Positions 7,772 through 14,988 of a stretch of 32,943 nucleotides of DNA are shown here, one piece after another. The stretch lies in IMG/VR virus record IMGVR_UViG_2854660797_000003, positions 1 through 32,943 of that record. The stretch is one strand, 5' to 3'. A model generated the notes under the pieces. That model searched no databases. It worked only from the letters and a program-made list of their open reading frames with translations, and was not told the DNA's origin. Made by a program: the position numbers and the translations under genes. Position 1 is the first letter of the stretch; each line of letters opens with the position of its first letter. Source of the DNA: a virus.

Positions 7772-7800
7772 AATATACTAAACAATGTTTAGTGATGCAA
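7772..7800 (-). promoter_or_regulatory. Sigma70-like promoter TTGCAT-17-TATATT with a palindromic operator in the spacer
   Basis: On the minus strand the -35 is 7800-7795 and the -10 is 7777-7772. The inverted repeat ACTAAAC-n3-GTTTAGT (7777-7793) occupies the spacer. The promoter lies about 70 nt upstream of the acidic-protein ATG. Confidence 0.45.
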
Positions 7801-7866
7801 GAGAAAAAATAAGAAAAAGAGAATTTTTTTCCGTTGCCGTCATCCATCAAAAAATGATAGGAAGAG

Positions 7867-7941
7867 ACGTTCTTTCTGAACGTTCAGCCCTTCGGGGCTG
7901 TGGATTAAAACGATCGCAAGATCAACGGGGCGGCAACGCCC
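7867..7941. other. Cluster of three short stable hairpins in an intergenic region
   Basis: ACGTTC-tttct-GAACGT (7867-7883); CAGCCC-ttcg-GGGCTG (7885-7900, a UUCG loop on the + strand); GGGCG-gcaa-CGCCC (7928-7941, a GNRA loop on the + strand). Confidence 0.4.
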
Positions 7942-7950
7942 ACTTCCCTT

Positions 7951-7988
7951 AAAAAGGGGCGGTTTTTTCGAAGCCGCCCCTTTTTTTA
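7951..7988. terminator. Bidirectional intrinsic terminator
   Basis: The GGGGCGG (7956-7962) / CCGCCCC (7974-7980) stem is flanked by A5 upstream and T7 downstream. On the minus strand it starts 6 nt after the stop of gene 7986-8510. Confidence 0.7.
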
Positions 7989-8510
7989 TTCCGGGACGGA
8001 TGGAGCCTCCAGGATCCGCCATCCGGCCCCCGTGCCTCTTCCCGATTTGCGGAAACGGGAGGCGGCGCAGGTCAAGAGTTTATAAATCTTTTTGCCTTCG
8101 GTTTCGCCAAAACGGGTGACCATGTACAGCTTGAGATTGCGCGCCGTTACCTCTTCTCCTTCCGGCGACTCCACGCGCCAGACTTTGGCGTGGCAATTCG
8201 TCTCAAATTTCCCGGTCATCGGATGCTTGCGAGGTCCCCAAACGCCACGATGACGGCAGGCCTCCAAAAACGCTGCGGACGTGATTTTCCTCCCTCGCTG
8301 GGCGTGATTGGCGCACTCCGCAGAGCAGTATTGCCGCCGCCACAGTTTTTGGGCCCGGAATACGTTCCCGCACACGGGGCATGTGAGCGTTTCCCAGGCC
8401 TCCGCATAGTGAGCCTGGAGGCAGGCCCGGGAACAGTACACGCTGTCGCGTTTGCCCGCGCGGGGAGGAACATCCTTGCCGCAGATAGGACATCGTTTCA
8501 TACGCCCCAC
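7986..8510 (-). CDS. Double Zn-ribbon protein with a C-terminal region resembling homing-endonuclease DNA-binding modules
   Basis: 174 aa. The motif CPxCG...YCSxxC occurs twice. The C-terminal KHPMTGKFE...AKVWRVESPEGEEVTARNLKLYM...GWRIL resembles NUMOD-type modules as I recall them. No GIY-YIG or HNH catalytic motif was seen. Confidence 0.5.
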   Translation of the reverse strand: MGRMKRCPICGKDVPPRAGKRDSVYCSRACLQAHYAEAWETLTCPVCGNVFRAQKLWRRQYCSAECANHAQRGRKITSAAFLEACRHRGVWGPRKHPMTGKFETNCHAKVWRVESPEGEEVTARNLKLYMVTRFGETEGKKIYKLLTCAASRFRKSGRGTGAGWRILEAPSVPE

Positions 8511-8582
8511 AGTTTGAAAAATGAGCGCTGCGAATCAAGAACAAACAACGCGCTTGATTTGAATATCCGTTATCTCCTATGA

Positions 8583-9101
8583 TGGAACCGCAGGAAAAAG
8601 AAACCTACCACCAAAAGAAAACCGGGGCGGCCGAGCCTCTACACAGAGGAACTGGCTGCCGAGATAGCCTCCCGTCTTGCCAACGGCGAAACCATGAAAT
8701 CCATCTGCTCCGATGACCACATGCCGGAGGTCTGGACGGTCTGGAACTGGCGTGAAACAAAGCCGGATTTTTCCAAACTCATTCAACGCGCGCGGGAAGC
8801 GCAGTCGGAAGCTATGATTGACGCCTGTCAGGAGCTGGCCGATGAAGCCGCGAAAGTCGCCCTGGCCCCGGAATGCGGCTCTGCCTCCGTCGCCGCGAAG
8901 AAGCTCGCCATTGAAACCCGGCTGAAAGTCGCCGCCCGCTTCGCTCCTGATAAATTCGGAGACCGGGTCCGCCAGGACGTCGCCGGCGTTCCCGGTGCGC
9001 CGCTGGAACGGAAAATCACGCTGGACCCCGAGCAGCTCGCCCAGCTGCAGGAAGACGAGAAAACCGCGCTGGAAACCATCGCCGGCAAACTCCACCCCTA
9101 A
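8583..9101 (+). CDS. terS: Terminase small subunit (5' end anomalous: no in-frame start before 8694)
   Basis: The open frame from 8583 reads ...KRKPGRPSLYTEELAAEIASRLANGETMKSICSDDHMPEVWTVWNWRETKPDF...RAREAQSEAMIDACQELADEA, a pattern I recognise from terS proteins. It lies directly upstream of terL. The first canonical in-frame start is ATG 8694, and an ATGATG at 8579 is out of frame by 1 nt. Confidence 0.75.
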   Translation, partial: WNRRKKKPTTKRKPGRPSLYTEELAAEIASRLANGETMKSICSDDHMPEVWTVWNWRETKPDFSKLIQRAREAQSEAMIDACQELADEAAKVALAPECGSASVAAKKLAIETRLKVAARFAPDKFGDRVRQDVAGVPGAPLERKITLDPEQLAQLQEDEKTALETIAGKLHP

Positions 9102-9133
9102 CCCGCAGGACACGAATCCCCGTCAGCTTCTTC

Positions 9134-10480
9134 TTGCGCCATATCCTCCGCCTTGACCCCTATCCATGGCAGGTAGAATCCATCAAGGCGTTGTCCCTGG
9201 GCAAGCTGACCCTGGGAGGGAAAAGCGTGGCTCTGGTCGCTCCTAACGGATCCGGCAAGACAAGCAACTGCATCGCTCCCGCCATCCTGTACTTTCTCAC
9301 CTGTTTTCCGCGGGGACAGGTCCCCGTTACGTCCTCATCGTGGATGCAGGTGGAAAAGCAGCTCTTTCCCGCGCTCCGCCGCTACATGGACAATCCTTTC
9401 TTTTCCGGCTGGTCCTTCAACAAGACGGAGATCCGCACGCCGGAGGGAGGCTTTGCCGTGGGTTTCTCCACCGACAACGCGGGACGTGCGGAAGGATGGC
9501 ATCCAAAAATCTCGCCCGACGTGGATCCTGTCTTTTACGTCCTGGACGAGGCCAAAACCATTCCGGACTCCATCTTCACCGCCGTTTCCCGCTGCACGCT
9601 CTTTCACGCGTTCATCACCTCGTCGCCGGGCGCCGATTCCGGCACCTTCTACGACTGCTTTCATAAAAATTCATCGCTCTACTACAAAATCCGCGTCAAA
9701 TACGAGGATTGCCCGCACATTGAAATCAACGACCCGGGCAAGGCCGAACGCCTGAAGAAAGAATATGGTGAGCAGTCCTCCTTCTACCGCTCGGCCATCC
9801 TTGGTGAATTCACCGACCTTGACGGACAATCCGTCATTTCCCGCCGCGCTCTCATGGAGCTGGTCAACAACCCGCCTCCCTTCCTGGACACCGGAGAGAC
9901 CTGCGGCGGCTTCGACTTTGCCGCGGGAGGCGATGAAAACGTCTTTGCGGCCGGGCAGGGCAACCGTTTTTTCATCGCCGACCACTGGTCCGACCCGGAC
10001 ACCGTAGGAGCGCGCGGACGTTTCCGCCGGAAGGCCGCCGAACTCGGCATCTCTGCCGACCGCATCTTTGCCGACGGCGACGGCCTAGGGCTCCCCATCA
10101 TTGATGACTTCCGCGCCGAGGGCTTTCCGGTGCACTCCTACCGCGGCGGGTTTCCGGCGGATGACACACAAGCCTTTGTCAATCTGCGAGCCCAGGCATG
10201 GCGGGCCCTGGCGCGCGCCATTGAGGAAAAAGAACTCATCCTCGACATTGACGAGGACACGATTGAACAGCTGGTCGCGCCGCGGCTCCAGACGGATGCA
10301 ATAGGCCGCGTCCGCATTGAAAGCAAGGAAGATATGGCAAAGCGGGGCGTTCGTTCCCCCGACCGGGCCGACGCCCTTGTGATGGCCTGGCACGCGCGCC
10401 GGAACAGCGGACTGGCGCGGACGCTGGGAGCCTGGTTCGCCCGGCCCGTGTCATCAAAACGCGCTTACGGGAGATATTAG
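9134..10480 (+). CDS. terL: Terminase large subunit
   Basis: 448 aa with a TTG start. Walker A is APNGSGKTS and Walker B is FYVLDEA. The C-terminal acidic nuclease-like region and the position after terS support the call. Confidence 0.85.
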   Translation: MRHILRLDPYPWQVESIKALSLGKLTLGGKSVALVAPNGSGKTSNCIAPAILYFLTCFPRGQVPVTSSSWMQVEKQLFPALRRYMDNPFFSGWSFNKTEIRTPEGGFAVGFSTDNAGRAEGWHPKISPDVDPVFYVLDEAKTIPDSIFTAVSRCTLFHAFITSSPGADSGTFYDCFHKNSSLYYKIRVKYEDCPHIEINDPGKAERLKKEYGEQSSFYRSAILGEFTDLDGQSVISRRALMELVNNPPPFLDTGETCGGFDFAAGGDENVFAAGQGNRFFIADHWSDPDTVGARGRFRRKAAELGISADRIFADGDGLGLPIIDDFRAEGFPVHSYRGGFPADDTQAFVNLRAQAWRALARAIEEKELILDIDEDTIEQLVAPRLQTDAIGRVRIESKEDMAKRGVRSPDRADALVMAWHARRNSGLARTLGAWFARPVSSKRAYGRY

Positions 10481-10482
10481 GG

Positions 10483-10511
10483 TTGACAATATATCAACGT
10501 ATCAATATATG
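10483..10511 (+). promoter_or_regulatory. Sigma70-like promoter candidate TTGACA-17-TATATG in the terL-portal gap
   Basis: The -35 is 10483-10488 and the -10 is 10506-10511. The spacer contains the direct repeat TATCAA-n2-TATCAA (10492-10505). This is the only AT-rich patch in the area. Confidence 0.35.
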
Positions 10512-10723
10512 AAGATATGTAATTAATCGCAGGGTGGTGAAACGGTATCACGCGGGGTTCCTGTCCCCGAATCGAAGGTCCAACTCCTTCCCCTGCAACC
10601 AAACTTTTCCTTTCTTTTCGCCGCAGGTTTAACGCCGTCAAAAATATCCTCAACGCCCCGAAGCTGGTCGCCCAACAGGAGACCAGAATCAAGGAGCTTG
10701 AAACGGAACTCACCCGGCGAGCC

Positions 10724-11989
10724 TTGACGGAACAGAGCAGGAAGCCTAACCAGCCCCAATGGTTTGAATATTGGGATCCGTTACAGGGCGCCGACCTGCA
10801 AACCCTGATTGACGCCCGGAACGAAGCGCGGCGGGGAGCCTTTGCCCGCCAAATGCTCATTTGGGACGAGGTCATCTACTCGGACGGCTTGCTGGGCATG
10901 CTCTATTCCCGACTCATTGAAAGCGTCTCCATGCAGGGATGGGTGATTGACGCCGCGGACGACAGCCCCGAAGCCCAGCGTCAGCAAAACGCGCTGGAAG
11001 AATTCTATCACTCCGTCACCGGACTTCAACAGGCCTTTGGGCAGTTGGCCTCCGCCATGTTCTACGGTTACGCCCACCTCCAATACATTGAGGACGCCTG
11101 GGGCCGCCGGTTTGAATTCATCCCGCAGCGGTACTGGGTGCGGCCCGGAGCGCTGAACGACTGGCAGTTCAACCCCCAGTGCTACATCGGGGCCGACACA
11201 GGCGAGAGCGTAGAGGAAGAAACGCTCGTGGTCATGGAGCACCGGAACCCCATTCTTTTTCCGGCAACCCGCGCCTCTTTTGAGCGCAACCACGCGAAAA
11301 TCACGTGGGATAACCATATGGACCGCTACGGAAGCGCCCCGGTCATCATCACGGCGCCCAAGGACGCGAGCGCCGCCGTCATGGACGCGCTGGAACGGGC
11401 CTGTGAGGAACTCAAATCGGGAGCCTCCATTGTGCTTCCTCCCGGCTGCACCGCCGAACCGTTGAAAGCCTCCAACATCAACGAAAACTATTTCCTATCC
11501 CGAATCAACATGTCCGACAAGGACCAGGTGCGGTTTGTCATGGCCGGCACTCTGACCGTCCTGAATGAATCAGGCTCCGGCACGCTGGCCGGGGGAGCGC
11601 ACACGGACAGCTGGAATTCGGTCGTCTCCGCGGTCTGTTCCAAGGTCGCCGAAGCTTTTAACGCCGCCATCAGCCCGCTTGTCCTGGGAGACGGAGAACC
11701 GCTGGCCCGCCTCCACATCACTTTTGACACTGTCCAGACGCCGCTGCAGAAGGCCGAGGAAATTGCCGCGCTTGCGGACGGAGGCGTCCGCCCCGAGAAA
11801 ACCGAAATCGAAGAAAAGATCGGCATGTCGATCGAGGACACGCAGGAACCCGTTCCGGTGACGGCGGCGGCCAACAGGGAACCGGAAAAAGCGCTCATTC
11901 CGCCCGACGCCTACGAGCAGCTTCAGCAAATGATTTACGCCGGCCTCATGAAAGGATTTACCGATGATCGCTACCAAACAAATCAATGA
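10724..11989 (+). CDS. Portal protein, Mu gp29-like (DUF935-type)
   Basis: 421 aa with a TTG start. Size and position (after terL, before the Mu gpI-type protease) support the call, and the N-terminal region has the general look of DUF935 portals. The frame is open upstream to 10541 without a start codon. Confidence 0.6.
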   Translation: MTEQSRKPNQPQWFEYWDPLQGADLQTLIDARNEARRGAFARQMLIWDEVIYSDGLLGMLYSRLIESVSMQGWVIDAADDSPEAQRQQNALEEFYHSVTGLQQAFGQLASAMFYGYAHLQYIEDAWGRRFEFIPQRYWVRPGALNDWQFNPQCYIGADTGESVEEETLVVMEHRNPILFPATRASFERNHAKITWDNHMDRYGSAPVIITAPKDASAAVMDALERACEELKSGASIVLPPGCTAEPLKASNINENYFLSRINMSDKDQVRFVMAGTLTVLNESGSGTLAGGAHTDSWNSVVSAVCSKVAEAFNAAISPLVLGDGEPLARLHITFDTVQTPLQKAEEIAALADGGVRPEKTEIEEKIGMSIEDTQEPVPVTAAANREPEKALIPPDAYEQLQQMIYAGLMKGFTDDRYQTNQ

Positions 11990-13076
11990 CCTGTCCCGAC
12001 CCGCCAACGGCTGGTTCCACATTGAGAAGAGCGGGGATCATGACGTCGACTACGGCGAAGGCCCCGCCGTGCTGCGCATCGACGAGCAGGCGATCCAGGA
12101 CATGGTGGACGACTTCAACGCCCGCACCTTTGACGGCCCGGGCATGCTCATCGACGGAGACCACCTGAGCCACGACCTTTCCCGCGATACGCGGGCACTC
12201 GGATGGCTCAAGAAGCTGGACACCTACCGCGACCCTTCCGGAACGCTGGAACTCTACGGTTTCATCGAATGGACGCCGCGCGGCCTGAAGATGCTGCAAG
12301 ATAAGGAATACACGCAATCATCCACGGAATACGGCGAAGGCATGACTTTGACGGACGGCGTCTACCGACCGTCGCGCCTGACCGGCTTCGCCCTGACCAA
12401 CCGGCCGCGCATCAAGGGAAAGCGGCCTCTGGTCAACCGACAGACTTCCCCCGCCTCCGACGAGGCCGGGGGCGAACCCAAAAGCCCCGAAGAGGGGGAA
12501 ACAACCCAGAATACCAATATGGACAACGACGATAGAAAATATCCGTCCAAGGAAATGGACAAAGCCCAGCGGGCCCTGTTCGATTCCCTGCTTGACAAGC
12601 TGGATGTCGAATTTGACGGCACCGACGATATGAGCAGGGCGATCCTCGGACGACTTGATGAACTGCTCTCGCTGGAAAAGCGTGAGAAAGACCACGTGAA
12701 CGCCGAAGTGGACGACGCCGTCAGCACGTACGAAAACGCGCTGGACGAGGAAGAACGCGAGGAATTCACGGAAGAACGCCGGGAAGAGCTGAAAAACTCT
12801 CTCCGGGAAAGCCCCGCCGCGCTGAACGCCTTTATCCGCGCGCTCAACCGCCAGGCGGGCCCGCAGAAACAGGAGCAGCCGGAGCAGAAGAAGCTTCCGC
12901 AAAGGACGCCTCTGAACCGCCGCGCGACGCTGAATCCCCCTGACCCATTCCGCAAGAAGGAATCCATTGACGGATTCAACAACCGTGTGAACGAACTCAT
13001 CAAGGACGGCATGAAGCGCTATGACGCCTACCAGAAGGCGACCGAAGAGGGCTTCATCGTCTCCGCCCAACGTTAA
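11964..13076 (+). CDS. Mu gpI-type head protease with C-terminal scaffold region
   Basis: NGWFHI..., LIDGDHLSH, ALGWLKKL, GFIEWTPRGLKMLQDKEY and LTGFALTNRPRI match the Mu-like prophage protease I pattern. The C-terminal half is charged and coiled-coil, like a scaffold. Confidence 0.8.
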   Translation: MIATKQINDLSRPANGWFHIEKSGDHDVDYGEGPAVLRIDEQAIQDMVDDFNARTFDGPGMLIDGDHLSHDLSRDTRALGWLKKLDTYRDPSGTLELYGFIEWTPRGLKMLQDKEYTQSSTEYGEGMTLTDGVYRPSRLTGFALTNRPRIKGKRPLVNRQTSPASDEAGGEPKSPEEGETTQNTNMDNDDRKYPSKEMDKAQRALFDSLLDKLDVEFDGTDDMSRAILGRLDELLSLEKREKDHVNAEVDDAVSTYENALDEEEREEFTEERREELKNSLRESPAALNAFIRALNRQAGPQKQEQPEQKKLPQRTPLNRRATLNPPDPFRKKESIDGFNNRVNELIKDGMKRYDAYQKATEEGFIVSAQR

Positions 13077-13098
13077 TTATTCAACCTGATCAAACCCA

Positions 13099-13530
13099 AT
13101 GCCATCACTCAACGTAACCCAGAAAAGCGCCATCGTCTATTTCAACGCCCCGGAAGGCGTTGACCTGTGCGGACAGGAAGGAACCGTCGTGGCGCTGACC
13201 GCAAATCCCGACATCCCTGAATTTGTCGGAACTCCGTTGTCCGCTATCCCCACGCAGGAGCAGCTGCTCGGCGTCGTCCTGCAGGGACAGCCCAACAAGG
13301 GGACCTGCGTCGCCGCGCTCGTCGGCATGTATGCCGGCCTCATCAAGGTGGCTCTATCCGACACGCCCGGAACCATCAACTCCGGAACGCCCGTCACCAT
13401 CACGGCCAACGGGACATGGAAGGCCGCCGCCAGCGGAGAAACCGTCTATGCCCGCGTTATTCATGCCAAGTGGGAAAAGGGCCTTGTGGAAATCGGATTC
13501 GTCCCGTCCTACCAGGTTGCCGCAGCCTAA
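13099..13530 (+). CDS. Head decoration / cement-like protein (DUF2190-like)
   Basis: 143 aa, Gly/Val/Ala-rich beta-type sequence, lying between the protease/scaffold and capsid genes. Confidence 0.4.
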   Translation: MPSLNVTQKSAIVYFNAPEGVDLCGQEGTVVALTANPDIPEFVGTPLSAIPTQEQLLGVVLQGQPNKGTCVAALVGMYAGLIKVALSDTPGTINSGTPVTITANGTWKAAASGETVYARVIHAKWEKGLVEIGFVPSYQVAAA

Positions 13531-13543
13531 CTATTAACCCTAA

Positions 13544-14491
13544 CCAACAGAAAGACCAAGAACAAGGGCTACTCCATTTTGCACCGCCGTTCAGTTCACC
13601 GATGTCCTGACCTCCTATTCCGCGGGGTCCGGGAACACCGAAGAGAACTCCATCATCAGCCGCATCGCTCCGATCGTCCCGGTCTATGACCTGAATTTCC
13701 AGTACAAGGTCTGGGACACGGAATCGGCCTTCACCGTCCAGCCCATCCAGGTGGGACCGGGCGAACCTCCCCGCCAGACCGTCCTGCGCGGCAGAAACGA
13801 AACCGACACCCTTCAGGGCTACGGCTTGACGCTGCCCATCCCTGACGCCTTGCTGGGCGTCAACCTGGAAAAGGCGCAGGCCATCACCCTGGCGGAATAC
13901 AAACTCATCGAATCCCAGTTTGTGACGTCGTACGAATACGAACGCGCCAAGCTTCTGATGAGCCAGCTTCCGGCCGCTTCCGGGATGGGTGACTGGGCCA
14001 ACCAGCAGAAAAACCCGTTGGCGGATCTGGACCAGGCGATCCTGTCCATCAATGCCGCAACCGGACACATGCCGAACACGATTGTCTTCGGCATCAACGC
14101 ATGGCAGCTGCTTCGCTCCAACACGCTCGCGCGTCAGGTGGTTTCCTTCAACAGCGTCGGCCTGTTCAACGAAGACCTTCTTCGCATGGCTCTGATCCGT
14201 CCTATCCGGGATATTTACATCGCGTCCATGCCGTACCGCGACGCTTCCGGCGACGCGAAGACGATCATGGAAAACGAAGTCTACGTCCTTTACAAAGAAG
14301 ACTCCCCGACGCAGTTCGATGCCTCCGCCGTCAAAACCTTCGGGCTTTCCGGCAAGCTTCGCCGAGAAGTCATCACCGAATACAAGCCGACGCCGGCCTT
14401 GACGCTCGTCACCAACCGCGTCTACTCGCTGACCAAGCTGACCAACCCCGGCGCCATCGTCCGCATCGACGCGACGGCCACCGCCGATTAA
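13544..14491 (+). CDS. Major capsid protein (5' end anomalous: first canonical in-frame start is GTG 13751)
   Basis: The frame is open from 13544. The upstream part reads ...TAVQFTDVLTSYSAGSGNTEENSIISRIAPIVPVYDLNFQYKVWDTESAFTVQPIQVGPGEPP..., which resembles the N-terminal region of a capsid family I recall (..R.FP.VPV....Y..FD...). A 246 aa product from 13751 is short for an HK97-fold capsid protein. Confidence 0.6.
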   Translation, partial: PTERPRTRATPFCTAVQFTDVLTSYSAGSGNTEENSIISRIAPIVPVYDLNFQYKVWDTESAFTVQPIQVGPGEPPRQTVLRGRNETDTLQGYGLTLPIPDALLGVNLEKAQAITLAEYKLIESQFVTSYEYERAKLLMSQLPAASGMGDWANQQKNPLADLDQAILSINAATGHMPNTIVFGINAWQLLRSNTLARQVVSFNSVGLFNEDLLRMALIRPIRDIYIASMPYRDASGDAKTIMENEVYVLYKEDSPTQFDASAVKTFGLSGKLRREVITEYKPTPALTLVTNRVYSLTKLTNPGAIVRIDATATAD

Positions 14492-14511
14492 CCCCAACGT
14501 CCGCCTCCATC

Positions 14512-14988
14512 ATGTCCGCCTTTCCCGCGTGGTCCACGATTTCCACCGATGAAGCTGATCGTCTGCTCGGCCTCAACACCGCCGAACGCGACGCCCTGGT
14601 GACCGCCGGGGAACAGCGCAGCCTGGACTACCGGGACGTCATGATGGAGGCGGTCAACGATGTCTGCATGACCATCCGCGGGGCGCTGGCCAACAACCTC
14701 GCCCTGCGGCAATCGCTCCAGAACAGCGGCATGTACGACATTCCGCAAAGCATGCGGTCCCTGGCATGGCCGCTGATTATCCGGCAGCTCTACCTGCGCT
14801 ACCAGCTCAACCTGACCGAGACGCGCCAGAAGGCCGCCGAATCGGCGGACGCGATGCTGGCGCTCTACGCCAAAGGGGACATGCTGCCGGAAAGCGTGGA
14901 CGGCTCCGCGCCCGCGGATCCCGCCTACATGATGCCGCGCTACACGCGCCGCCCCTGGTTCAACCCCATGCGAAGCACCTACCGATGA
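14512..14988 (+). CDS. Head-tail connector candidate (Mu gp36/DUF1320-like)
   Basis: The ATG at 14512 follows the capsid stop; the ORF track start at 14101 is inside the capsid gene. 158 aa. Size, position and helical character support the call. Confidence 0.35.
   Translation: MSAFPAWSTISTDEADRLLGLNTAERDALVTAGEQRSLDYRDVMMEAVNDVCMTIRGALANNLALRQSLQNSGMYDIPQSMRSLAWPLIIRQLYLRYQLNLTETRQKAAESADAMLALYAKGDMLPESVDGSAPADPAYMMPRYTRRPWFNPMRSTYR

Noticed and set aside
8533-8583. terS promoter TTGATT-18-TATGAT with inverted repeat AATCAAG/CTTGATT (8533-8559)
   Set aside because: The hexamers are plausible, but the -10 would overlap the ATGATG at 8579. Transcription would then start downstream of it, which conflicts with any model for terS initiation. 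It is too uncertain to list as a feature.
8577-9113. 178 aa minus-strand ORF
   Set aside because: It is antisense to terS, whose frame carries recognisable terminase motifs. The translation is Gly/Arg/Phe-rich shadow sequence.
13457-14497. 346 aa minus-strand ORF
   Set aside because: It is entirely antisense to the capsid gene. Its Arg/Gly/Asp-rich low-complexity translation is typical of shadow ORFs in GC-rich coding DNA, and it has no motif.
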